Shown here: piece after piece, positions 1 to 9,433 of the stretch
How positions within the stretch are numbered: position 1 is the first letter of the stretch
Layout: each line of letters opens with the position of its first letter
Assembly (NCBI GenBank): GCA_050701815.1
Contig: JBOGDL010000443.1
Location: forward strand, 1 to 43,558
Reading direction: 5' to 3'
Length of the DNA stretch: 43,558 bases
Source of the DNA: Micromonosporaceae bacterium
GTDB lineage: Bacteria; Actinomycetota; Actinomycetes; Mycobacteriales; Micromonosporaceae
Program-made: the position numbers and the translations under genes
The notes under the pieces: model-generated
Database searches by the model: none
What the model was told of the DNA's origin: nothing
What the model saw: the letters and a program-made list of their open reading frames with translations, nothing else

Positions 1-512
1 ACGAACAGCAGGTCGGAGAGCCGATTCAGGTACTTCGCCGGAAGCGTTTCGGTGGTGTCGGGCTCGTGCTCGATCAGGATCCACGCCGAACGCTCTGCGC
101 GTCGGGCAAGCGTGCGGGCCTGGTGCAACAGCGCCGCTCCCGCGGTCCCCCCGGGAAGCACGAACGAGTCGAGCTTGCCCAGCTGGGCGTTGTACGCGTC
201 GCACCAGCTCTCCAGGCGCGTCACGTAATCGTCGGTCACCCGTAGCGGCGGGTACTTCGGGTTCTCCGCGATCGGGGTGGCCAGATCGGCGCCGACATCA
301 AACAGGTCGTTCTGGATCGTGGTCAGCACCGATCGCACGTCGTCGGCCAGATCGCCGAGCGCCAGCGCGAGCCCAATCGCGGCGTTGGCCTCGTCCACAT
401 CCGCGTACGCCCCGATTCGGGGATGTGACTTCGGCACTCGGGAGCCGTTGCCTAGAGCGGTGGTTCCAGCGTCGCCGGTCTTGGTGTAAATGCGGGTCAG
501 GTGGACAGCCAT
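1..512 (-). CDS. ATP:cob(I)alamin adenosyltransferase, PduO type. The 3' end runs off the window, so there is no stop and it is absent from the ORF track.
   Basis: Hand translation from the reverse-strand ATG at 512-510 gives MAVHLTRIYTKTGDAGTTALGNGSRVPKSHPRIGAYADVDEANAAIGLA...IQNDLFDVGADLATP...FVLPGG...LPAKYLNRLSDLLF. This is the characteristic PduO/MMAB-type adenosyltransferase sequence. Confidence 0.85.
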   Translation of the reverse strand, partial: MAVHLTRIYTKTGDAGTTALGNGSRVPKSHPRIGAYADVDEANAAIGLALALGDLADDVRSVLTTIQNDLFDVGADLATPIAENPKYPPLRVTDDYVTRLESWCDAYNAQLGKLDSFVLPGGTAGAALLHQARTLARRAERSAWILIEHEPDTTETLPAKYLNRLSDLLF

Positions 513-761
513 GACAAGCACTCTAGCCGTGCGTTCAGGCGCGGGCGTCAGCCCCAAGATCGCTGAGCCAGATCTGGTGGCCACCTCCTTGATTACCGCG
601 GTGGGTTTCCTCGCGTGTGCCAGCTGGTTTTGGCTCGCACACATCGGGTAGTAGCCCGTGACCCTGAGAAATCTCAGGGCTGACCCGCTGGTGCGGGAAC
701 TACCGGCAATCACTAGCGTTACAGGTAAGAAGAGTGACATTGGTCATTTGGGGGGACGGGG

Positions 762-1337
762 ATGAGAGCGCCGATCGACATGCGTGACGGTGGATCGGAC
801 GGCGAAGACACCGGGGAACTGGTCACGCTCGTCGGCCGGATCGACGCCCACTCCGCCAGTCAGCTGCGAGAACGGCTGCACCGGGCGGTGGATGGCGGCG
901 CCGGGATGCTGGTGCTTGACATGAGCAGTGTCGAGTTGATCGACGCCACCGGGCTTGGGGTGCTGGTGGGCGCGTCCCGGCGTGCGCTTCGGGCGGATCG
1001 GCAGGTGGTACTGCGGGGCGCCGCGTCCCGGCTGTGCCGGCTGTTGCGGGTGACCCGGCTTGACCGGCTGTTGCCGGCGGAACGCCCGTCTGATGGGGCC
1101 ACCTTCGGTTCGGGCCAGTGCTCGGAGTTGAGGGGAGCAGCACGCTCAGAGCCGGCGAGAGGCGAACGCTGGGGGGCGGGCAGGTCAAACGCCCCCGCCT
1201 CAGCGTCCGACCAGCTGTTGGCAGATCCGGGCGCTGAGTCAGAGATCGTGGAGCCGCAGCGGGCCGACTGGACGCTGCCGAAGGCTCGCCAGCCGGAGCG
1301 GGCCGCGTCCCCGGTCAGGCTGGGCTCACCCTCGTGA
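762..1337 (+). CDS. STAS-domain protein (anti-sigma-factor antagonist family) with a long disordered C-terminal tail
   Basis: ELVTLVGRIDAHSASQLRERLHRAV...MLVLDMSSVELIDATGLGVLVGA...VVLRGAASRLCRLLRVTRLDRLL matches the SpoIIAA/RsbV-type STAS pattern. Confidence 0.7.
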   Translation: MRAPIDMRDGGSDGEDTGELVTLVGRIDAHSASQLRERLHRAVDGGAGMLVLDMSSVELIDATGLGVLVGASRRALRADRQVVLRGAASRLCRLLRVTRLDRLLPAERPSDGATFGSGQCSELRGAARSEPARGERWGAGRSNAPASASDQLLADPGAESEIVEPQRADWTLPKARQPERAASPVRLGSPS

Positions 1338-1444
1338 GCCGTCTCACCGCGCGGTGACGCTACTCGCCAGTAAGCTCGGCTGAAGAGGTGGCCCGTGTGG
1401 CCTGAGCGCCACCTCCGCGAATCACCCCAGCCGGGAGGTGTGCG

Positions 1445-3604
1445 GTGCCTGCTTCTGAGCCCGATCCCGCAGCAGTGTCCGGATCCGGAGGGCGCAGCGC
1501 CGGGTCGGGCCAGCCCGTACGCCCGGAGCGTGACCGTCCGTGGGTGATGCGCACGTACGCGGGGCATTCCTCCCCAGCGGAGTCGAACGCGCTTTTCCGT
1601 CGCAACCTCGCCAAGGGGCAGACCGGGTTGTCAGTGGCTTTTGACCTGCCCACCCAGACCGGGTACGACCCGGATCACGAGCTCGCCCGAGGCGAGGTGG
1701 GGCGGGTCGGCGTCCCGATCGCGCACCTGGGGGACATGCGGGCGCTGTTCGAGGGCATTCCGCTGGCCGAGATGAACACCTCGATGACGATCAACGCCCC
1801 CGCGATGTGGCTGCTCGCGCTCTACGTGACCGTCGCCATGGAGCAGGATCAGGGCGGCGTGGCTGCGGCGCAGGCTCACGACGATCCGGAGCGAGCGCTC
1901 GCATCGCTCACCGGCACGATCCAGAACGACATCGTCAAGGAGTACCTGTCTCGGGGCACGTACATCTTCCCGCCGGGACCCTCGCTGCGACTGACGGCGG
2001 ACACCATCGCCTGGACCGTGCGGCACGCGCCCAAGTGGAACCCGGTCAACGTCTGCTCGTACCACCTGCAGGAGGCCGGCGCCACGCCCGTGCAGGAAGT
2101 CGCGTACGCGCTGTCCACCGCGATCGCGATCCTGGATTCAGTGCGTGACTCCGGCCAGGTGCCGCAGGACAAGATGGGCGAGGTGGTGGCTCGGATCTCG
2201 TTCTTCGTCAACGCGGGGGTGCGGTTCGTCGAGGAGCTGTGCAAGATGCGCGCCTTCGTCGAGCTGTGGGACACGATCACCCAGCAGCGGTACGGCGTCG
2301 CCAACCCCCGCCACCGGCGGCTCCGCTACGGGGTGCAGGTCAACTCGCTCGGTCTGACCGAGGCGCAGCCGGAGAACAACGTGCAGCGGATCGTGTTGGA
2401 GATGCTGGGCGTCACGCTCTCCAAGGACGCTCGGGCGCGGGCGATCCAGCTGCCGGCCTGGAATGAGGCGCTGGGCCTGCCCCGGCCGTGGGACCAGCAA
2501 TGGTCGTTGCGGATGCAGCAGGTGCTGGCGTACGAGACAGATCTGTTGGAACACGACGACCTGTTTCGAGGCAGCCACGTGGTGGAGGCCAAGACCCGAT
2601 CCATCGTGGAGGGCGCGTCCGCGGAGATCGAGCGGGTGTTCGAGATGGGCGGTGTGATCGCGGCCGTGGAGAGCGGTTACGTGAAGAGCCAGCTGGTCGC
2701 CTCGCTCGCGGAGCGGCGACGCCGGATGGAGAGCGGCGATGAGGTCGTCGTCGGCGTCAACCGCTACCTGGAGACCGAGCCGAGCCCGTTGACGGCCGAA
2801 GGCGCGGCCCCGATCCACACCGTCGACCCGGACGTGGAGCGTCGGGCCCGGGAGTCGGTTGCCGCGTGGCGGGCCAACCGGGACGACGCGGCGGCGCAGG
2901 CGGCCCTGCGCCGGCTGCGGGAAGACGCCAAGAACGGCGGCAACCTGATGGAGGCGAGCCTGACCTGCGCCCAAGCGGGCGTGACCACCGGAGAATGGGC
3001 GGACGCGTTACGCGAGACGCACGGCGAATACCGCGCCCCGACAGGCATCTCCGCGACGCCGGTCGCCGGTGACACCGGGCTGGCCGCGGTGCGAGAGCGC
3101 GTCATCGCCACCGGCAAGCAACTGGGTCGGCGGCTGCGCCTGCTGATCGGCAAGCCGGGCCTGGACGGCCACTCCAACGGAGCGGAGCAGATCGCGGTGC
3201 GTTCCCGGGACGCCGGGTTTGAGGTGATCTACCAGGGGATCCGGCTCACACCCGAGCAGATCGTGGCGGCCGCGGCCCAGGAGGATGTGGACCTGATCGG
3301 CCTGTCGGTGCTCTCCGGGGCGCACCTGTCCCTGTCCGCGCAGGTGCACGACGGGCTTCGTGCGGCGGGGCTGGGCGACGTGCCGCTGGTGGTGGGCGGG
3401 ATCATCCCCGCGGAAGACGCCGCTGCGTTGCGACAGCGGGGGGTGGCGCGGGTGTTCACACCCAAGGACTACGAGTTGACCGAGATCGTCAATGAAATGG
3501 TGACCGTGGTACGCGAGGCGCATGGCCTCGATGGTCCGGGTGACGTGGCGCCCGAAGCGGCGCGCCCATCGCGACCCGAAGCCGAGGCCGCCCGCGACCG
3601 GTGA
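1445..3604 (+). CDS. meaA: Ethylmalonyl-CoA mutase (MeaA/Ecm): fused acyl-CoA mutase catalytic domain and B12-binding domain
   Basis: RDRPWVMRTYAGHSSPAESNALFRRNLAKGQTGLSVAFDLPTQTGYDPDH..., GTIQNDIVKEYLSRGTYIFPPGPSLRL and the C-terminal GKPGLDGHSNGAEQIAVRSRDAGFEVIYQGIRLTPEQIV closely follow the Streptomyces MeaA sequence as I remember it. GTG start at 1445. Confidence 0.85.
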   Translation: MPASEPDPAAVSGSGGRSAGSGQPVRPERDRPWVMRTYAGHSSPAESNALFRRNLAKGQTGLSVAFDLPTQTGYDPDHELARGEVGRVGVPIAHLGDMRALFEGIPLAEMNTSMTINAPAMWLLALYVTVAMEQDQGGVAAAQAHDDPERALASLTGTIQNDIVKEYLSRGTYIFPPGPSLRLTADTIAWTVRHAPKWNPVNVCSYHLQEAGATPVQEVAYALSTAIAILDSVRDSGQVPQDKMGEVVARISFFVNAGVRFVEELCKMRAFVELWDTITQQRYGVANPRHRRLRYGVQVNSLGLTEAQPENNVQRIVLEMLGVTLSKDARARAIQLPAWNEALGLPRPWDQQWSLRMQQVLAYETDLLEHDDLFRGSHVVEAKTRSIVEGASAEIERVFEMGGVIAAVESGYVKSQLVASLAERRRRMESGDEVVVGVNRYLETEPSPLTAEGAAPIHTVDPDVERRARESVAAWRANRDDAAAQAALRRLREDAKNGGNLMEASLTCAQAGVTTGEWADALRETHGEYRAPTGISATPVAGDTGLAAVRERVIATGKQLGRRLRLLIGKPGLDGHSNGAEQIAVRSRDAGFEVIYQGIRLTPEQIVAAAAQEDVDLIGLSVLSGAHLSLSAQVHDGLRAAGLGDVPLVVGGIIPAEDAAALRQRGVARVFTPKDYELTEIVNEMVTVVREAHGLDGPGDVAPEAARPSRPEAEAARDR

Positions 3605-3666
3605 GCTTCGGGCGCCGGGAGCGGGGTTCGGCTCCGCCCAGGCTTGGCGCCTGACGGCGCCGGGCC

Positions 3667-4284
3667 TCAGGTAGGGGTTCGAGCGTCGGCCGGCGCTTCG
3701 CGCAGGGCCTTGCGCCTGGCGCGACGGCGCCACAGCCTCCAGCCCACCGCCGCCATCACGCCCAACAGCAGCAGCACCAGGATCGGCGCCAGGATCGCGA
3801 CCACCGACATCACCACGCTGGCGCCGTCCTCTCCGGTGCTCACCACCGGGGCGGCGAACCCGCCGGTGGCGAGGTTCGCGACCGGCCGCGCCATCGCCTT
3901 GAATCCGTGCACCACCAGCGCGACAAAGGCGCCCGCCGCGAGCGGGAGCAAGGTCCTCCAGTCGGAAAGCGCAGCCGGGTCGGACATCGCCACGGCCGGC
4001 GCCCCGGCCGTGGCGCTGAAGGCCAGCCCGCCGGCGGTTGGGCGTACCGCCGTGCCGATCACGTCATTGATGTGATCGACCACGGGGATCTTGTCGGCCG
4101 TTGTCTCCACCGCCAACAGCACGACGAGGATGGCCAATGCCCAGCCGTTCTCCAGCCAGTGCCAGGCCGCCGGCAGGGTGATCAGATCCGTGTACCGGCC
4201 CAGCAACCCGACCACGACCAGCGGCACGTACGCGTTGAGCCCCGCCGCGGCGGCGAGTCCGGTGCCGGTGAGGGCTTCAAGCAT
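3667..4284 (-). CDS. DUF4126-like integral membrane protein
   Basis: [28 protein letters not shown]...[21 protein letters not shown] is followed by several hydrophobic helices and a basic C-terminus. ATG at 4284. Confidence 0.65.
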   Translation of the reverse strand: MLEALTGTGLAAAAGLNAYVPLVVVGLLGRYTDLITLPAAWHWLENGWALAILVVLLAVETTADKIPVVDHINDVIGTAVRPTAGGLAFSATAGAPAVAMSDPAALSDWRTLLPLAAGAFVALVVHGFKAMARPVANLATGGFAAPVVSTGEDGASVVMSVVAILAPILVLLLLGVMAAVGWRLWRRRARRKALREAPADARTPT

Positions 4285-4427
4285 CGTGCGCTCCCTGGTC
4301 GTTCCTGGCCCAACGGCGGGTCGGCGAAGGCGGGTGGCGAGATGCCGTGGGCGAGGTCATCGTCGCACCGTCCGACAAGGACCCGGCGCGGGGTCGCTGT
4401 GGTTCGTCGATTCGCTACCCTCGGTCG

Positions 4428-5087
4428 GTGCGATTGGTGATTGCTCGGTGCTCAGTCGACTACCAGGGTCGGCTGCAGGCGCACCTGCCGATGGCGTTGC
4501 GGCTGCTGCTGATGAAGGCCGACGGGTCGGTGCTGGTGCATTCGGACGGCGGCTCGTACAAACCGTTGAACTGGATGTCGCCACCCTGCCGGGTGGAAGA
4601 GGAACCCGGGGTGTGGCGGGTTGTCAACAAGGCGGGCGAGGAGCTGCGGATCACGATCGAGGAGATCCTGCACGACTCCAACCATGAGCTCGGGCTCGAT
4701 CCCGGACTGAGGAAGGACGGGGTGGAGGCGCATCTGCAGGAGCTGCTCGCCGCCGAGCCGGCCGCGTTGGGGGAGGGCTTCACCCTGGTGCGGCGGGAGT
4801 ACCCCACCGCGATCGGGCCAGTGGACCTGCTGTGCCGGGACGCCACCGGGGCCGCCGTCGCGGTGGAAGTGAAACGCCGGGGCGAGATCGACGGCGTGGA
4901 GCAGCTCACCCGGTACCTGGAATTGCTGAACCGGGAGCCGTTGCTGACGCCGGTGCGGGGAGTGTTCGCCGCGCAGGTGATCAAACCGCAGGCGCGGGTG
5001 CTGGCCGAGGACCGGGGGATCGAGTGCGTGGTGGTTGATTACGACGCGCTCCGCGGCCTCGACGATCCCAGCCAGCGGCTGTTCTGA
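4428..5087 (+). CDS. nucS: Endonuclease NucS (mismatch-specific)
   Basis: [54 protein letters not shown]...GPVDLLCRD...[23 protein letters not shown] is the NucS signature. I prefer the GTG at 4428 over the track start at 4347 because NucS proteins begin MRLVIA. Confidence 0.9.
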   Translation: MRLVIARCSVDYQGRLQAHLPMALRLLLMKADGSVLVHSDGGSYKPLNWMSPPCRVEEEPGVWRVVNKAGEELRITIEEILHDSNHELGLDPGLRKDGVEAHLQELLAAEPAALGEGFTLVRREYPTAIGPVDLLCRDATGAAVAVEVKRRGEIDGVEQLTRYLELLNREPLLTPVRGVFAAQVIKPQARVLAEDRGIECVVVDYDALRGLDDPSQRLF

Positions 5088-5171
5088 AGCCGCTGGTCAG
5101 ACCGGCTCTGCGTGGGGCCGGGCGGTCCCTGGTCGGTGTTGTCACGGGCCGGTCAGCCGGGCGGCGTGTGG

Positions 5172-6326
5172 TCATGAGCCGGCACGTCGCGGGCTGCGTC
5201 GGAAGGGCCCGAAAACCTCGTACGTGACGCCGTCGAAATCATCCCCGGCGGCCCCCCGCTGTGAGGAGAAGTAGAGCCGATCCCCAGCCGGGTTGAACGC
5301 CGGGCCAGTGATCTCCGACCAGCGGTGTCCCGTCACCCGAAGGAACGGCGCCGCGACAGCGTCCGGTGTCACCACGCAGATCTGCATGTCACCACTGTCC
5401 TCAGCGACGAACAGATCCCCGGCCGGCCCACCGGTGATGTTGTCCACCCCGGTGAGCGGCGCCGCGGCGCCCGTCTCCTGGTACGCCAGCGTGAGCCGAT
5501 GCCGGCGGGCGTGATAAGCCCAGATCCGGTTATCCCCCTTGGTGGTGAAGTAGCAGGTGCCGTGGCTGAAGCAGGCGCCCTCGCCGCCGTTGAAGACGAT
5601 CGTCTCCGCGAGCTGGTGACGGGTTCTGGTCGACCTGGCGTACGGGTCGGGGACGTCCTTCCACGACAACCCGCCGCGTGTGGTCGCCAGCGCTTGCAGC
5701 GTCCCGGACGAGAGATCCCCCCACTGATCGGGCACGAACCGGTAGAAGCAGCCATCCGGCTCGTCCTCGGTCAGGTAGATCACCTTCCGGGCCGGGTCAG
5801 CCGCGGCGGCCTCATGCCGGAACCGACCCAGGGCGTCCCGCCGGATCGCGTCCCGCCCGTCCTGCGGATGGGTCTCGAACACCCAGCCGCGATCGACCTC
5901 CTCGCAGGAGAGCCAGGTGCCCCACTCGGTCGCGCCGCCGGCGCAGTTGCGATTGGTGCCTGAGAGCAGCCGGCGGGCTCCGGTGATCTCACCGGAGCTG
6001 GAGAGCCGCACCGCGCTCACCCCGCCCGCCCCGTAGTCGATTTCGGAGTTGGACACGTAGATCCAGCCGTCGCCGTCGCCGAAGCAGGCGCCGCCGTCCG
6101 GCGCCCCGTGCCAGATGTGGGACGTGCCGACCACCGGTTGCCCAGAGCGGGCGATCACCCTGCTGGTGAAGCCATTGGGGAGCATGACGCCGTTGCCGTC
6201 GGGCTGGCGTAACGCCCCGTACGGGCTCGGGCCGGCCTGCGGGAGGGTGTCCCGGCGCAGGGTGAACCCCAGCGCCACTGAGCCCGCGCCAAAGGTCGCA
6301 GCTCGGAGGAATGAGCGACGTTCCAC
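5172..6326 (-). CDS. Tat-secreted DUF839/PhoX-like beta-propeller protein
   Basis: A GTG at 6326 gives VERRSFLRAATFGAGSVALG, a twin-arginine signal. It is followed by WHGAPDGGACF, YVSNSE, NCAGGATEWGTWLSCEE, YLTEDEPDGCFYRF and GPAFNPAGDRLYFSSQ motifs typical of DUF839. The track ORF extends to 6575 only by reading through a 22-bp non-coding repeat. Confidence 0.7.
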   Translation of the reverse strand: MERRSFLRAATFGAGSVALGFTLRRDTLPQAGPSPYGALRQPDGNGVMLPNGFTSRVIARSGQPVVGTSHIWHGAPDGGACFGDGDGWIYVSNSEIDYGAGGVSAVRLSSSGEITGARRLLSGTNRNCAGGATEWGTWLSCEEVDRGWVFETHPQDGRDAIRRDALGRFRHEAAAADPARKVIYLTEDEPDGCFYRFVPDQWGDLSSGTLQALATTRGGLSWKDVPDPYARSTRTRHQLAETIVFNGGEGACFSHGTCYFTTKGDNRIWAYHARRHRLTLAYQETGAAAPLTGVDNITGGPAGDLFVAEDSGDMQICVVTPDAVAAPFLRVTGHRWSEITGPAFNPAGDRLYFSSQRGAAGDDFDGVTYEVFGPFRRSPRRAGS

Positions 6327-6345
6327 TTGTGCCAACCTACGTTGA

Positions 6346-6447
6346 CCCGCCGGCCCGGACGGTGTGGCCCGCCGGCCCGGACGGTGTGGCCTGCCGGCCC
6401 GGACGGTGTGGCCTGCCGGCCCGGACGGTGCGGCCCGCCGTCCCGGC
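6346..6447. repeat. 22-bp tandem repeat, about 4.6 copies (cc[c/t]gccggcccggacggtg[t/c]gg)
   Basis: Copies counted directly at 6346-6367, 6368-6389 (identical to the first), 6390-6411 and 6412-6433, plus a degenerate partial copy from 6434. The period is not a multiple of 3. The repeat lies between divergent genes. Confidence 0.95.
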
Positions 6448-6538
6448 TGCGGCACACAACCGGTCGATATGGGATGCTGCCCTGCTGGGGGGTGCATTGG
6501 GGCGATAACCGGATGCTGCAGCCAGGAGGTGCGACGCG

Positions 6539-7510
6539 ATGGTCGAGGAGCTGGTGCGGCGAGTCTGCGCATCATCGCCCCCGGATGGTCGCTCGTTGTT
6601 TCGCTTGATGCTGGCTGGCCGCAAGGACCCGACGGTGCTCACCCCGTACCTCGCCGAGCTGCTCGATGCCGGTGTGCTGTTCCCGTCGGAGCTGTACCGG
6701 GCCGCCGATGGCGAAGTGCAACGAGATCTCGTCGACCGGGTCGAGAAGGGCGTGCCCGCCGAGCAACTGAGCCGGCTGCTGCGGGCGATCGCGCAGACCG
6801 GTGGCGCCATCGCCGAATCGGCATTCCGGCGATGGCGGGTGCAGCCGCCCGAGAACGCGGACGGTCTCGGCTCGCCGGTGGGCGAGTACACCACTGAGGG
6901 CGGGTGGACGCTCGCGGCTGACGGTCGCCGCCGGCTGTGCTCCTCCCGGTCGTACTCCTTGGTTCCAGCCCGGCCGAAGCACAGCCCGGTGGCGGGAGGG
7001 CCTGCCGCGGCGAACTGCCCCCAGTGCGGCAACCGAATGTGGTCGGTGCTGGCCGTCGACTCCGAAGACCCACGGGTGGACGCCGCGTTGGCGCACACCG
7101 GGTGGCAGGGGCGGCTGCGCATCGTCACCTGCTACCGCTGCGCCTGCTACGGGACGGTCTATTGCGAGGTGACCCCTGAAGGCGCCGTGCACTGGTCTCC
7201 CCACACCAAGGCGCCGGACTACGTCGACGACGGGGACTGGGCGATGCCCTCGGGGTGGCTGACCATCGGGGCTGCGCGGAGCACCCCGTACATCGCTGAT
7301 GTGTTGGCGCCGGGAGGCTCGACGCTGGGCGGGTTTCCCGACTGGGGGCTGCAGGGCGCGGATTATCCCCATTGCCCGGTCTGTGGAGTGGCGATGCCGT
7401 TCCTGGCGATGCTGCACGGCGGCGACTTCGAGCAATGGGGCGAAGGCGTGCACTACATCTTCCTGGACGCCCGCTGCGGCCTGGCCGCTGTCAACTATCA
7501 ACCGAGCTGA
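6539..7510 (+). CDS. Hypothetical Cys-rich protein with zinc-ribbon-like CxxC pairs and a C-terminus reminiscent of DUF1963/YwqG
   Basis: High GC3 in this frame and a balanced composition. Motifs: CPQCGNRMW...TCYRCACYG and GGFPDWGLQGADYPHCPVCGVAMPFLAMLHGGDF...GVHYIFLDARCG. The antisense ORFs are Arg/Pro/Gly-rich. Confidence 0.55.
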   Translation: MVEELVRRVCASSPPDGRSLFRLMLAGRKDPTVLTPYLAELLDAGVLFPSELYRAADGEVQRDLVDRVEKGVPAEQLSRLLRAIAQTGGAIAESAFRRWRVQPPENADGLGSPVGEYTTEGGWTLAADGRRRLCSSRSYSLVPARPKHSPVAGGPAAANCPQCGNRMWSVLAVDSEDPRVDAALAHTGWQGRLRIVTCYRCACYGTVYCEVTPEGAVHWSPHTKAPDYVDDGDWAMPSGWLTIGAARSTPYIADVLAPGGSTLGGFPDWGLQGADYPHCPVCGVAMPFLAMLHGGDFEQWGEGVHYIFLDARCGLAAVNYQPS

Positions 7511-7627
7511 CCATCCCGGGAGCAGCGACCCCGCCCCGGATGGTTCGGTCAAGGGTTATGCGGCGCACTCCTCGGAGCACATGGCAGACTCGCGAAAAAG
7601 GCAGCCGCCTCGACGAGGAGACAATCC

Positions 7628-9433
7628 GTGGGACGCGATTCAGCATCCGGTACGGCACGTGAGTTCCGCACCGTGGGCGTGGTCGGCCTGGGCACGATGG
7701 GGGCCGGAATCGTCGAGGTGTTCGCCCGCAGCGGCTTGGACGTGATGGCGGTCGAGGTGGACGCGGTCGGGGTGCAACGCGGGCAGGACGTGCTGCGCGG
7801 TTCCCTGGAGCGCGCCGTCTCCAAGGGCAAGCTCTCCGAGGCCGAGCACAAGGCGCTGTTGGGCCGGGTCCGGTTCGGTGTCGGCCTGAGCCACCTCTCC
7901 GAGGCCGACCTGGTGATCGAGGCGGTGCCCGAGCATCTGGACCTGAAGCAGAAGATCTTCGCCGAGCTCGACAAGGTCGCCAAGCCCGACGCCATCCTGG
8001 CCACCAACACCAGCTCGCTGTCGGTCACCGAGATCTCAGTCGCCACCCACCGCCCGGCGCGGGTGGTCGGGATGCACTTCTTCAACCCGGCCCCGATCAT
8101 GAAGCTGGTCGAGGTGATTCGCACCGTGGTCACCGAACAAGAGGTGGTCGACGACGTCGAGGCGCTGTGCGCCCGGCTGGGCAAGGTGGACGTCACCATC
8201 GCCGACCGCGCCGGCTTCATCGCGAACGCCCTGCTGTTCGGATACCTCAACCACGCGGTCTCGATGTACGAGTCCAAGTACGCCAGCCGCGAAGACATCG
8301 ACGCCGCGATGCGGCTCGGCTGCGGCCTGCCGATGGGCCCGCTGGCGTTGATGGACCTGATCGGCCTGGACACCGCGTACGAGATCCTCGACACCATGTA
8401 CCGGCGCGGCGGCAGGGACCGGCGGCACGCTCCGGCGCCGCTGCTGAAGCAGATGGTCACCGCGGGGCTGCTGGGCCGCAAGAGCGGGCGCGGCTTCTAC
8501 ACGTACCTGAAGCCGGGTTCGCCGAAGGTGGCGTCGGACGAGCACACCCCGCAGGCCGAGGCCCCGGCGCCGGACGCGTCAGCGGTACGTCGGGTCGGGG
8601 TCGTCGGCTCGGGCACCATGGCGACCGGAACCATCGAGGTCTTCGCCAAAGCCGGGTACGACGTGATGTTCACCACCCGCGGCGAGGAGAAGATCGCGAA
8701 GGTGCGCGCCGCCATCGAGGCGTCGATGGAGAAGGCGGTGCAGCGCGGCAAGCTCGGCGCCGACGAGCGGGACGCCGCGCTCGCGCGGATCACCGGCTCC
8801 ACCAAGCTGGATGATCTCGCCAACGCGGACCTGGTGGTCGAAGCCGTGGTGGAAGAGCTCACCGTCAAGAAGGCGCTGTTCGCCAACCTGGACGAGATCT
8901 GCAAGCCGGATGCGATCCTGGCCACCGCCACATCGAGTCTGTCGGTGGTGGAGTGCGCGGCGTCCACCGCCCATCCGGAGCGGGTGGTCGGGCTGCACTT
9001 CTTCAACCCGGCCCCGCTGATGAAGCTGGTCGAGGTGGTCCACACGATTCAGACCTCGCCCGAGACGGTGGCCACCGCGCAGGCGGTGTGCTCGACGCTG
9101 GGCAAGCACCCAGTGGCGTGCGCCGACCGGGCCGGCTTCATCGTGAACGCGCTGCTGTTCCCGTACCTCAACGACGCGGTCAAGATGCTGGAGGCCAGCT
9201 ACGCCACCGCCGACGACATCGACTACGCCATGAAGGAAGGCTGCGGCTACCCGATGGGTCCGTTCGAGTTGTTGGACGTGGTGGGGCTGGATGTCTCGCT
9301 GGCGATCCAGCGCGAGCTCTACCTGGAGTTCCGGGAGCGCGGCTTCTCGCCGGCGCCGCTGCTGGAGCAGCTGGTCACCGCCGGGTATCTGGGTCGCAAG
9401 ACCAAGCGCGGCTTCCGCGACTACCACCGCTGA
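7628..9433 (+). CDS. 3-hydroxyacyl-CoA (3-hydroxybutyryl-CoA) dehydrogenase, tandem-duplicated two-module protein
   Basis: Two complete modules. Module 1: VGVVGLGTMGAGIVEVFA...TNTSSLSVTEI...VVGMHFFNPAPIMKLVEV...ADRAGFIANALL. Module 2: VGVVGSGTMATGTIEVFA...TATSSLSVVEC...VVGLHFFNPAPLMKLVEV...ADRAGFIVNALL. Confidence 0.85.
   Translation: MGRDSASGTAREFRTVGVVGLGTMGAGIVEVFARSGLDVMAVEVDAVGVQRGQDVLRGSLERAVSKGKLSEAEHKALLGRVRFGVGLSHLSEADLVIEAVPEHLDLKQKIFAELDKVAKPDAILATNTSSLSVTEISVATHRPARVVGMHFFNPAPIMKLVEVIRTVVTEQEVVDDVEALCARLGKVDVTIADRAGFIANALLFGYLNHAVSMYESKYASREDIDAAMRLGCGLPMGPLALMDLIGLDTAYEILDTMYRRGGRDRRHAPAPLLKQMVTAGLLGRKSGRGFYTYLKPGSPKVASDEHTPQAEAPAPDASAVRRVGVVGSGTMATGTIEVFAKAGYDVMFTTRGEEKIAKVRAAIEASMEKAVQRGKLGADERDAALARITGSTKLDDLANADLVVEAVVEELTVKKALFANLDEICKPDAILATATSSLSVVECAASTAHPERVVGLHFFNPAPLMKLVEVVHTIQTSPETVATAQAVCSTLGKHPVACADRAGFIVNALLFPYLNDAVKMLEASYATADDIDYAMKEGCGYPMGPFELLDVVGLDVSLAIQRELYLEFRERGFSPAPLLEQLVTAGYLGRKTKRGFRDYHR

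Noticed and set aside
6346-6447. Possible CRISPR array or PhoP PHO-box array
   Set aside because: It is not CRISPR, because the units are directly abutting with no spacers and no cas genes are nearby. The PHO-box idea stays a weak speculation, because the unit matches the GTTCACC core poorly on either strand.
6327-6575. The upstream extension of the PhoX-like ORF (track start 6575), and ORFs 6311-6508, 6327-6608 and 6364-6897 with repeating PGRxGPPARTVWPAGPDG peptides
   Set aside because: All of them arise from reading through the 22-bp tandem repeat, whose period is not a multiple of 3. The Tat signal starts at the GTG at 6326.
6572-7552. A 326-aa minus-strand ORF opposite the Cys-rich hypothetical gene
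   Set aside because: Its Arg/Pro/Gly/His-rich composition is typical of antisense translation. The + strand ORF has a balanced composition and paired CxxC motifs.
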